Shown here piece after piece: positions 1 through 8,892 of a stretch of 64,000 nt of DNA. Both the position numbers and the translations under genes were made by a program. The notes under the pieces were generated by a model, which searched no databases, had not been told where the DNA came from, and was given only the letters and a program-made list of their open reading frames with translations. Each line of letters begins with the position of its first letter. Position 1 is the first letter of the stretch. This stretch comes from a virus (Duplodnaviria > Caudoviricetes). The stretch lies in the IMG/VR virus record IMGVR_UViG_3300024344_003081; one strand, written 5' to 3'.

Positions 1-928
1 TAAAATAATATGGTCCGCCATTATCTACTAATGATCCGCTTGGAGTATATGTTCTTGTATAGACTCCTCCAGAAGGCCCACTTAATGAGTTAGTGTAACT
101 ATTATATATTTTATCGTAAAAAGTTCCTCTATTTGTTCCTGAATTTGTTGTTGATACATTATACAATAAATGTCTTCTATAAAGTACTTGTAAATAAACA
201 TCATTTACCAATTTATTAGTGGAAGCATTTGTACTTGATTCTAATTGTATTTCAGAATTGGTGCTGTCCCATCTAATATAATTATCAGGAGATGAGGGTT
301 CAGTTGTATTTGCAGTTTTTAGATATAATTTATAAGTTGCATTTGTTGCACCATAGTATGTGTCAGTAAACCATGTTCCCTTATCGGACCAAGTTCCTCC
401 TCCTGGATCAGATGTTGCCACTCTATAAGTTCCCACTTCATCACCAGAAAGCATTTGAGTAAGACAATGAGTTGCGAGAGTGTCTAGTAAGTCTGCTTCA
501 ACTATTGGTCCCATTTTTAAATCTGGAGAAGTCCAATACAATAATCCTGTGGCATTTATATCGGTATCATTGATACTTCCTGGATGATTGTTTGATGTAT
601 TTTGGTAAAATGTAGATGTTGAATTAGCTAAAGTTGTTTGATCACTACTGAAGTTTGTGTCTGGTTCTGCTCCACTGCTAGGAGAATTATCATCAGGTTC
701 TGTGTGAGATCCTTGAGCCCGTACCCCATTAATAGCCGTTCCTATAGTTACATCATCAGCACCGTTTGGTTGAGAAAGTCCCACATGTCCTGGAGTGGTA
801 TTAGTAGAATCTAAAAGGGCCGCATATCTTTTTCTTAGAAAATAGCTAAGAACTTCTAATTCAGAATCAGAAAACATTCTGAGATCGGCATTTCCTGAAT
901 CCCAGTATAAGTGTCTATATTGTGTCAT
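1..928 (-). CDS. Putative virion structural protein, partial (runs off window start; absent from ORF track)
   Basis: ATG at 928 gives MTQYRHLYWDSGNADLRMFSDSELEVLSYFLRKRY..., open to position 1 (...GGPYYF); Thr/Ser/Gly-rich; TATAAATA late promoter upstream on the same strand. Confidence 0.6.
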   Translation of the reverse strand, partial: MTQYRHLYWDSGNADLRMFSDSELEVLSYFLRKRYAALLDSTNTTPGHVGLSQPNGADDVTIGTAINGVRAQGSHTEPDDNSPSSGAEPDTNFSSDQTTLANSTSTFYQNTSNNHPGSINDTDINATGLLYWTSPDLKMGPIVEADLLDTLATHCLTQMLSGDEVGTYRVATSDPGGGTWSDKGTWFTDTYYGATNATYKLYLKTANTTEPSSPDNYIRWDSTNSEIQLESSTNASTNKLVNDVYLQVLYRRHLLYNVSTTNSGTNRGTFYDKIYNSYTNSLSGPSGGVYTRTYTPSGSLVDNGGPYYF

Positions 929-938
929 AAATAGTCCA

Positions 939-967
939 TTGACAAGTGGTTCAAAATAGTGTAAACT
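939..967 (+). promoter_or_regulatory. Sigma70-type early/middle promoter for the glycosyltransferase-gp33-gp59-gp32 run
   Basis: TTGACA (939-944), 17-nt spacer, TAAACT (962-967). Confidence 0.55.
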
Positions 968-998
968 ATATAATTGTATATCTTGTTTATATTATATG

Positions 999-1006
999 TA
1001 TTTATA
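999..1006 (-). promoter_or_regulatory. T4-type late promoter TATAAATA
   Basis: TATTTATA on + strand, about 70 nt upstream of the minus-strand ATG at 928. Confidence 0.6.
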
Positions 1007-1024
1007 TTTATTTAGTCATCAAAA

Positions 1025-3691
1025 GTGCTTATGAAAATCCTATATATTACTCCTCACCTATCTACAGGTGGTGCCCCACAGTATCTTCTTAAAAAAATAG
1101 AATTCTTACATAGTGACAATGATATTTATGTCATCGAATATAATGATTATGGTATCTATAGAGTTCAAAAAGATAAAATATTAAACATTTTAAATGACCG
1201 ATTAATAACTTTGTCTGAAGACAAAACTGATATACTGAAATATTTAGATGAAATAAAACCCCATATTGTTCACTTTGAGGAGATGCCTGAATTTTTTGTG
1301 GACGATGAAATAGCAGAACAAATTTATCAAAAAGAAAGAAGATATTTAATTTTTGAAACTTCTCATGATTCTTCATTCAATCCTGATGAAAAAAGATTTT
1401 TACCAGATAAATTTTTATTCTGTAGTGATAATCAATTAATAAAATTTAGATCATTAGATGTTCCTGCATGTGTTATAGAATATCCTGTTGATAAAAAAGT
1501 AGAAGAGAAACGAAGAGATGTTGCTTTAAGAGAATTAGGAGTTGATCCTGCCTTGAAGCACGTATTGAATGTTGGATTATGGACATCTAGAAAAAATCAA
1601 GCAGAAATTATTGAATATGCCAAACTTTTACCTGATGTACAATTTCATTTTGTAGGGAATCTTGCAGAAAATTTCAAAGAATATTGGGAACCCCTAACAA
1701 AAGATTTGCCTGATAATTGTATCGTTTGGGGAGAACGAGAAGATGTAGACAGATTTTATTCATGTATGGATTTATTTTTATTTGCTTCAAGGGGGAATGA
1801 ACACGATAAAGAAACGAATCCATTAGTATTAAAAGAAGCATTATCTTGGAAGATACCTGTTTTAGCACATAAACTTGATTCATATCTTGACAAATATAAT
1901 GATAAAGTTACTTGGCTTTCTGATAATGTTGAAATTAATACAATTAAAATATGCAGAATGTTGAATATAAGTGATCGAATTGTAAATTGTTCCATTGATG
2001 AAACTAAAGTAACTTTACACTTCACGAATTTTTATGAATGTTTTCATGAAAAATTATTATGTATCTATGAAATAGATACTGAATTGTTGGCGTATAGATC
2101 CCATATTATATGCAATTCGATGTGGGCTCAACCGCATTGTGGTAAAGATGTTACAAATGGATTTATAGTAAAAATATATGATGCTCCTAAAAATTATTTT
2201 TCGAATATAAATGATGAAAATTTAGTAGATGATCATCATCTTTTATTCGAAAAAACGTTTTCATGGAAAAATGAAGTAGATATTGCAGTTCTTGGTGAAA
2301 GAAAAAAATTTCATGGAATACCAGATGATCCCTCTTCTTGGTATACTCTTTATGAAACGTTAATATTAAAATATTATAATAAATTAAATTTAATAGAAGG
2401 CGATACTGTAATTGATATTGGAGGTCACTATGGATTTTTTACTATGTACGCCTTAAACAAAGGTGCTTCTCAGGTTCATACAATTGAACCCACAAAAACA
2501 ACTTTTGATGTTTTATGTAAAAATTTAAAAGATTATGATAATGTTAAAAAATATAATTTAGCAATTTCTTCTGATAATGAAAGTAGAGAACTTATTGCTA
2601 TTGGTTCTAGTTCATGTAATTCTTTTCATGAAAACTTTAATAATAGTCCAGACAATAAAGAAAATTTAGGAATAAGAAAAAAACAAGTTGTTAATTGTGT
2701 TACACTTGAACAATTTATGAAAAATAATAATATTGATAGAATAGATGCATTGAAATTAGATTGTGAAGGAGCAGAATGGGATATGTTACCAGCAATTAGT
2801 GATGATTTTTTTAAGTATAAGATAAGAAAACTTTCTATGGAAGCACATCCAGATGGTGTGGGTCAAGAAGGAATGAAAAATAGGGCAATTGAATTTATAG
2901 AACGATTAGAGGGTTTAAATTATCATGTCATTGCTGATTCTCAAATAACATCAAATGGAGAATTGGGTAATTTATGGGCATCAAGAAAACCAAAAATAAA
3001 AATAGTTCATATGCTTGTTGATCCTGATGGAGAAAGAGAAAAAGAATCGATAAGACATCTTACAAAATTATCTGAATATTCGAACTGGAAATATGAACAA
3101 ATAATAAATCCCTTATATAAAGATTTTCCACCAAAAGAAACATGTGCTAGACCAGAATCTGTCCAAATGAAGCCAGGAGAATATAAATTAACTCCTGCAC
3201 ATTATGGTAATTATTCTGCTCATAAAGATGCTATAAACAAACATTTAAATGATGAATTTGATGCGATTTTATTTTGTGAATGTGATGCTATTTTTATAAA
3301 ACCGGTTCATGTGGTTTATAGAGAAATTATGGATAGATTAGATGATATAAATCAATATGATTTGTATTATATGTCTTTTGGAAAAAGAATTCCTGATTGG
3401 GAACACGAAGACTATGAATATTTTGGTGTGACGAATAGAATGTCTGAAGCACATTGTTATTTACTGCCCACAGATAAAAAGAGAAAATTATATTTTAGAA
3501 AGAAATTAAAAGACACGAAGTGGGATACATATGATTTATGGTTGAATAACAATATATTTCCAGATAAGAAATGTGGCATAGTTAAATCTCCTATTTCAAT
3601 TCAATGTTCAGGTGAGTCATATCTAGACAAATCTTTTAAAGATGGAACTACTTTATTAACTGATGAAGAACTAACACATGAAACGTTTTAA
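1025..3691 (+). CDS. Multidomain GT4 glycosyltransferase / FkbM-family methyltransferase / GT-A (GT25-like) fusion
   Basis: N-terminal KILYITPHLSTGGAPQY and ETNPLVLKE (E-x7-E) GT-B motifs; VIDIGGHYG SAM motif and LKLDCEGAE FkbM motif; C-terminal LFCECDAIF acidic GT-A motif. Start may be ATG 1031. Confidence 0.85.
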   Translation: MLMKILYITPHLSTGGAPQYLLKKIEFLHSDNDIYVIEYNDYGIYRVQKDKILNILNDRLITLSEDKTDILKYLDEIKPHIVHFEEMPEFFVDDEIAEQIYQKERRYLIFETSHDSSFNPDEKRFLPDKFLFCSDNQLIKFRSLDVPACVIEYPVDKKVEEKRRDVALRELGVDPALKHVLNVGLWTSRKNQAEIIEYAKLLPDVQFHFVGNLAENFKEYWEPLTKDLPDNCIVWGEREDVDRFYSCMDLFLFASRGNEHDKETNPLVLKEALSWKIPVLAHKLDSYLDKYNDKVTWLSDNVEINTIKICRMLNISDRIVNCSIDETKVTLHFTNFYECFHEKLLCIYEIDTELLAYRSHIICNSMWAQPHCGKDVTNGFIVKIYDAPKNYFSNINDENLVDDHHLLFEKTFSWKNEVDIAVLGERKKFHGIPDDPSSWYTLYETLILKYYNKLNLIEGDTVIDIGGHYGFFTMYALNKGASQVHTIEPTKTTFDVLCKNLKDYDNVKKYNLAISSDNESRELIAIGSSSCNSFHENFNNSPDNKENLGIRKKQVVNCVTLEQFMKNNNIDRIDALKLDCEGAEWDMLPAISDDFFKYKIRKLSMEAHPDGVGQEGMKNRAIEFIERLEGLNYHVIADSQITSNGELGNLWASRKPKIKIVHMLVDPDGEREKESIRHLTKLSEYSNWKYEQIINPLYKDFPPKETCARPESVQMKPGEYKLTPAHYGNYSAHKDAINKHLNDEFDAILFCECDAIFIKPVHVVYREIMDRLDDINQYDLYYMSFGKRIPDWEHEDYEYFGVTNRMSEAHCYLLPTDKKRKLYFRKKLKDTKWDTYDLWLNNNIFPDKKCGIVKSPISIQCSGESYLDKSFKDGTTLLTDEELTHETF

Positions 3692-6600
3692 ATTATCTCT
3701 TGTAACTTCTTGTTACAATGCTGAGTCTTATTTGGAAGAGTTAGCGAATTCTGTTTTTTATCAAAATTATGATCATTGGGAATGGATTCTTGCTGATGAT
3801 TTTTCTGTTGATAATACTCGTACATTAATGGAAGAATTAAAAAGAAAAGATTCTAGAATAAGAATTGTAGAACCCAAACATAAAAAAGAAATTTGGTGGA
3901 ATCCACAACTTCATGCTGTTGGTGAAATAGTATGTCATTTAGATGCTGATGATGCAATTTTACCTGGAACATTTGATAAAATAATACATTATTTTAATTT
4001 ATTTCCAGAAGCAGTTTTACTTCATTTTAATGCAAACAAATATTTTAATACCCTACCCCAAAATACAACTAATCTCTTTGATAATTTTAAAGACAATGTA
4101 TACATGACAAGAGATAACAATTCTTTTTTAGAAGGATTTGAAAAGTTGTGGCCCCAACGAACAAATATTTTTGGATATTTAAGAATATTTAAAAATTTAC
4201 CAGGATTGCATTTTCCAGAACATAAAGATGATGATGCTTGTTTATCAAATGATGGACAATGGCTTTTACATTTAGAAAGATATGGAAAATGGTTAACTAT
4301 TCCTAGAACATCATATCTTGCAAGAGAACACGGTGAATGTGAAAACTTTAGAAACTGGAATCCTCGTGGAGAAGCACAATTAGTAATAAATGAAAAAAGA
4401 GATAGAAATAATTTTATTTTAGAATATCCAAGAAATATTAAATATTTTGATGATATCTATGATTTAGCAGAATCTACTTATTTGAGCAAATTGAATTATG
4501 AAACAGAAAGAAAAAATGTAAGTTTTTTAAATTTTAATTATGGTGAAGAACAACGAACAAAAGTAAAACAATTATTTTTTGATCATGATATAGTTTTTGA
4601 AAAGTATCTAGACAATATTTCTTATTATTTTGTTAAAATAAATTTAGAAGATACATCAGATACAATAAGAACAATTATATCTAAATTACCTGTAGCAAAT
4701 TTTGAATTAAGTTTTTTTTCAGATAATGTGCATTTACATCAAAATAATCGTACACAATCAGACAATATTGAAAATATAAAAGAGACTATTACATCAGATG
4801 GTCGAAGTGTTTTTTGGTATGCACAAGATAATCGAATACAATTTATTTCTGCTGTTCAACAAATAAAAGATGTTTCTGATATTGTTTTATCTACAGGAAA
4901 TGCATATGTTTTAGAAAGAAAAAAAGAAAGAGAAGAAGAAAATAATAATTTAAAAATAATGCAAGTACATATTGGTTGTGGGCTTGATATTCCACCCAAA
5001 GGATATGGGGGATTAGAAGAAGTCATGTATCAATATATGAGAGTAGCAAAGGGTAGAGGACATGAAGTAGAGTTAAAATGGTTAGATGATATAACGCAAA
5101 GTGATTTAGAAAAATATGATGTATTTCATAATCATACTGGTGGATTTTATGATTTATTGAGAGATAGATGTATACCTTATATTTTTACAATGCATGATGC
5201 TTTTGTGAAAATACATGGAAAAGATTCTCATTTTTATATGACTAATAATGAGACTATAAAAAATTCTTTATTCAGTTTAATTCCAACTGAAGATATGATA
5301 GATTTTTTTCTATATCCAGATAAGTTAAGAAGATTGCATCATGGTGTAGATACGAATTTTTATTTTCCTGTAAAAAACAAAAATGATGTACGATTGATTT
5401 GCGTGGGTGGAGGAGATGATAGAAAAGGATTTCATTTAGCAGTTCAGGCGGCAAAAACATTAGGACTTCCTATAACGATTGTTGGACCAGATTCAATACA
5501 TGCAGTATATAATAAAACTTTTTATGATATTGTAGAAGAATGTAAAAATCATATTGATATAACTCTTACAGGTAATGTAGAAAAATATGAATTAAGAAAT
5601 ATATTAAATGAACATCATATAATGATTCATCCAGCATCATTAGAAACAGGGCAACCCTGTCTTGCAGTTCTTGAAGCAATGGCGTGTGGATTACCTGTAG
5701 TTGGAACAATGCAAGATAAAATTTCTTTGAAAGGATTTGAATTATGTACTAGAGAAGTTGATGATATTGTAAATAAGGTTAAACTTGTTTTAAATGACTA
5801 TGATGAATATTCAAAGAAAGCAAGAGAATTTGCTAAAGAAAGAGATTGGGAAAATATTTTTGATGAATTGGAAAAATATTATTATGAAGCAAAAGAATTA
5901 AAATATACTAAGCCATTTGATATGAAAGATAGATTGTTATTTGCGTATCAAAATACAGATGCAGATGGTAAAAATATTTTCGATTTAAATATGCAAAAAA
6001 ATCCTTATTTGGCTGTTAAAGGATCTATTCCTGGAAATTATAAAATTAATTTTATTGATAGAGATACGGGTGGGGTTCATTATTCAAATGATGTTTCTGC
6101 GGGTGGCTGGGTTGCTTGTGGTATTGATTATTATGTTAATTGGAGAGTTGAAGCAATAAATGTTCAAACAGAAGAAATAGAATTTGAATATGAACAAGAT
6201 TTTACAAATAAAAATATTTTTGTTTGGTTTGATTCAGTAGCATTGGGAGATACTTTAGCTTGGGTACCAGTTGTTGAAGCATTTCGCAAGAAACATAAAT
6301 GTAAAATGTATTGTAGTACATTTTGGAACGATTTAGTATCTGAATCATACCCAGAAATAACCTTTATAACCCCTGAATCTGGATTTAATGATTTTGTATC
6401 TTCTTATCGAATAGGTTTTTTTGAAGAAAGTCTTCAATCTCCAGTAGATATGAAAAATGTTTCGTTACAGAAATTATGTGCAGGTATTCTTGGTTTTAAA
6501 GATTTTGAAGAAACAAAATGTGAAATAATAGTTAAAGAAAGAGAGGAAGATCCACAATTAATTCGAAAGCCTTATGTGTGCATTGGTATGCAATCAACTG

Positions 6601-7091
6601 CTCAAGCAAAATATTGGAATTATCCAGGAGGATGGGATGAGGTGGTTGACTTTTTATCCAAAAAGGGATATAATATAGTATGTATAGATAAACACCATTC
6701 TTTTGGACAAGGAGAATATTTTAATAAATCACCAAAAAATGTGATAGGAAGACATGAACGAACTTTAGATCAAACAATTGCTACTTTAAATGGTGCTGAA
6801 TTTTTTATTGGATTGGGTTCTGGTTTATCGTGGTTGGCGTGGTCTTTAAATAAATATGTAGTAATGATATCGGGATTTAGTAATCCTATATCTGAATTCT
6901 CTTCAAAATGTTTTAGAATCCATAATGATACAGTTTGTAATAGTTGTTATAATCGGCATAAATTTGATCCCGGTGATTGGTTGTGGTGTCCAGATCATAA
7001 AAATACTGACAGAATGTTTGAATGCACAAAAAACATTGAACCAGTAAAAGTTTGTGATGCTATTGAAGAAGTAATAAAACTAATAGACTAA
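3678..7091 (+). CDS. Multidomain GT2 / GT4 / Aah-TibC-type (autotransporter O-heptosyltransferase-like) glycosyltransferase
   Basis: GT2 start (LSLVTSCYNAE, ILADDFS, HLDADD); GT4 (GYGGLE, LEAMACGLPVV); C-terminal ALGDTLAW, STAQAKYWN, FIGLGSGLSWLAW, ISGFS and CNSC...WCP...FEC four-Cys cluster. Confidence 0.85.
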   Translation: MKRFKLSLVTSCYNAESYLEELANSVFYQNYDHWEWILADDFSVDNTRTLMEELKRKDSRIRIVEPKHKKEIWWNPQLHAVGEIVCHLDADDAILPGTFDKIIHYFNLFPEAVLLHFNANKYFNTLPQNTTNLFDNFKDNVYMTRDNNSFLEGFEKLWPQRTNIFGYLRIFKNLPGLHFPEHKDDDACLSNDGQWLLHLERYGKWLTIPRTSYLAREHGECENFRNWNPRGEAQLVINEKRDRNNFILEYPRNIKYFDDIYDLAESTYLSKLNYETERKNVSFLNFNYGEEQRTKVKQLFFDHDIVFEKYLDNISYYFVKINLEDTSDTIRTIISKLPVANFELSFFSDNVHLHQNNRTQSDNIENIKETITSDGRSVFWYAQDNRIQFISAVQQIKDVSDIVLSTGNAYVLERKKEREEENNNLKIMQVHIGCGLDIPPKGYGGLEEVMYQYMRVAKGRGHEVELKWLDDITQSDLEKYDVFHNHTGGFYDLLRDRCIPYIFTMHDAFVKIHGKDSHFYMTNNETIKNSLFSLIPTEDMIDFFLYPDKLRRLHHGVDTNFYFPVKNKNDVRLICVGGGDDRKGFHLAVQAAKTLGLPITIVGPDSIHAVYNKTFYDIVEECKNHIDITLTGNVEKYELRNILNEHHIMIHPASLETGQPCLAVLEAMACGLPVVGTMQDKISLKGFELCTREVDDIVNKVKLVLNDYDEYSKKAREFAKERDWENIFDELEKYYYEAKELKYTKPFDMKDRLLFAYQNTDADGKNIFDLNMQKNPYLAVKGSIPGNYKINFIDRDTGGVHYSNDVSAGGWVACGIDYYVNWRVEAINVQTEEIEFEYEQDFTNKNIFVWFDSVALGDTLAWVPVVEAFRKKHKCKMYCSTFWNDLVSESYPEITFITPESGFNDFVSSYRIGFFEESLQSPVDMKNVSLQKLCAGILGFKDFEETKCEIIVKEREEDPQLIRKPYVCIGMQSTAQAKYWNYPGGWDEVVDFLSKKGYNIVCIDKHHSFGQGEYFNKSPKNVIGRHERTLDQTIATLNGAEFFIGLGSGLSWLAWSLNKYVVMISGFSNPISEFSSKCFRIHNDTVCNSCYNRHKFDPGDWLWCPDHKNTDRMFECTKNIEPVKVCDAIEEVIKLID

Positions 7092-7093
7092 AA

Positions 7094-7318
7094 ATGATTA
7101 AAACAATAAAGCCTCAAGATTTTGCAATTATTATAGAAGATATTGTTGCTAATAAAAAAATGACTTATTTAGATGCAATATCTCATTACTGTGAAGAAAC
7201 AAAAATGGAACCAGAAACAGTTGGAAAACTTGTTCAAGGAAATTTAAAAGCCAAGCTAAGAGAAGAAGTTACGGCCTTGCATTTTCTCCCAAAAACTGCT
7301 ACAATACCAGGACTATGA
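7094..7318 (+). CDS. gp33: Late-promoter transcription coactivator gp33
   Basis: 74 aa, IEDIV..KKMTYLDAISHYCEE..EPETVGKLV..LKAKL; T4-like gp33-59-32 synteny. Confidence 0.9.
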   Translation: MIKTIKPQDFAIIIEDIVANKKMTYLDAISHYCEETKMEPETVGKLVQGNLKAKLREEVTALHFLPKTATIPGL

Positions 7319-7935
7319 TAAAAATGGATCCGTTTGATTGTTATAAAGAATACGTTTCAATCAAGACTCATTTTCATGCTAATAAGTATGATTACTTTAA
7401 GCATAAAAAAAGAAAAATCTCATTGAATGCTTTTAAAAAACGTAATGATCAATTCTTTTTTGTAAGATTGTCAAAAAGTTATAAAGATGATGAGATATCG
7501 AAATTCTTTGTTGCTAACTTTATTGAGAATGAAAACTTGTGGATAGGTGATGCACTTGATTCACAAGCAGAAATGAAATATAAAGAATGGCAAAAAAGAA
7601 TACAAAGCATGAGTTATATTTTTAGCAATGATATTGAAAAATTGTTGAACAAAGAAGATTTTGAAAATTGGTTCAAAGTTGAAAAGGGTCAACATCCTTT
7701 ATTGCTGAAACAAACGATTGCTAAATATATTTGTATGGAAACTTTTTCCATACTTAATATGATACTTAACTTTGTTCCTGATTGGGATCAAAAGATAAAA
7801 GAAACTTTTGTCTGGCCTCAGTTTAGAGATAAAGTTTTAAAATACACTCCATTTTTGGAGGTGGATAAGACGAAATTTCGTAAAATACTACGAGATACAA
7901 TTAATACAACGAATATAACGAATATGAAAGGTTAA
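7315..7935 (+). CDS. gp59: Helicase loader gp59
   Basis: FDCYKEYVSIKTHF..KYDYFK, FFVANF, WIGD motifs; synteny. Confidence 0.9.
   Translation: MIKMDPFDCYKEYVSIKTHFHANKYDYFKHKKRKISLNAFKKRNDQFFFVRLSKSYKDDEISKFFVANFIENENLWIGDALDSQAEMKYKEWQKRIQSMSYIFSNDIEKLLNKEDFENWFKVEKGQHPLLLKQTIAKYICMETFSILNMILNFVPDWDQKIKETFVWPQFRDKVLKYTPFLEVDKTKFRKILRDTINTTNITNMKG
7884..7926 (+). repeat. Imperfect 9-nt A-rich direct repeats just upstream of the gp32 start
   Basis: AATACTACG (7884), AATACAACG (7903), AATATAACG (7912), AATATG (7921). Confidence 0.55.
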
Positions 7936-7936
7936 C

Positions 7937-8821
7937 ATGGCACAACTATCTGCACTAAAAAAATCCCGCAAATCCTTTATGCAAAATCTTCACAAAGAAA
8001 TTGAGAAGATTGATACTCCTTCTGAATCGAAGAGTTATATCGATGATCGATTTTGGAAGCCAGAAATAGATAAGTCTGGAAATGGATATGCTGTTATTCG
8101 ATTTCTTCCCCCAGTAGATGGAGAAGATATTCCATGGGCGAGAGTTTTCAACCATGGTTTTCAAGGACCAACAGGTCTTTGGTACATTGAAAATTCTTTG
8201 ACAACTCTTGGTAAGAAAGATCCTGTCTCAGAATATAATTCTCAACTCTGGAATTCTGGAATCGAGGCGAACAAAGAGATTGCTCGTAAGCAAAAACGCC
8301 GTCTAACTTATATCAGTAACATTTATATTGTTTCTGATTCAAAGAATCCTCAGAACGAAGGAAAAGTTTTTCTATACAAATTTGGAAAAAAGATTTTCGA
8401 TAAAGTCAATGATTTGATGAATCCCGAATTTGAAGATGAAACTCCTGTAAATCCTTTTGATCTTTGGGAAGGTGCGAACTTCAAATTGAAGATTCGTAAA
8501 GTTGAGGGTTATCAAAATTATGATAAGAGTGAATTTGATAAACCTGCACAACTTGTAGAAGATGAAACTGAGCTTGAAAAAGTTTGGAATTCACAGTATG
8601 CTCTTACAGAATTTACTGGTGATGATCAATTTAAGTCTTATGAGGATTTGAAAGCGAGATTAGATTCTGTTCTTGCAGTAGAAACTCCTCCTATTACTGA
8701 GCCTGTTTCTCGACCTGTTACTAAACCTAAAACTGCTGAAGATGTATCATCAGAAGATAAAACAACTTCTGAAGATGATGAAGATATGTCTTATTTTGCT
8801 AAGTTAGCAGAAGATAATTAA
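7937..8821 (+). CDS. gp32: Single-stranded DNA-binding protein gp32
   Basis: DDRFWKP..DKSGNGYAVIRFLP, WYIENSLTTLG..DPV, acidic tail ending MSYFAKLAED. Confidence 0.97.
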   Translation: MAQLSALKKSRKSFMQNLHKEIEKIDTPSESKSYIDDRFWKPEIDKSGNGYAVIRFLPPVDGEDIPWARVFNHGFQGPTGLWYIENSLTTLGKKDPVSEYNSQLWNSGIEANKEIARKQKRRLTYISNIYIVSDSKNPQNEGKVFLYKFGKKIFDKVNDLMNPEFEDETPVNPFDLWEGANFKLKIRKVEGYQNYDKSEFDKPAQLVEDETELEKVWNSQYALTEFTGDDQFKSYEDLKARLDSVLAVETPPITEPVSRPVTKPKTAEDVSSEDKTTSEDDEDMSYFAKLAEDN

Positions 8822-8847
8822 TCTAAGAGTGCTTAGTACTCACTTTA

Positions 8848-8890
8848 ATTAGGGGGCCTGGAGTGTCGTTCCAGCGGCACGCCTCCTAAT
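8848..8890 (+). other. GC-rich structured element between convergent gp32 and tape-measure genes
   Basis: 10-bp outer stem ATTAGGGGGC/GCCTCCTAAT enclosing two alternative inner stems, CTGGA/TCCAG and GTGTCG/CGGCAC; no U-tract on either strand. Confidence 0.6.
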
Positions 8891-8892
8891 CA

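Noticed and set aside
8827-8846. Small GAGTGC/GTACTC hairpin as the gp32 terminator
   Set aside because: Only 6 bp with a wobble and a weak interrupted U-tract; not supportable as a feature on its own
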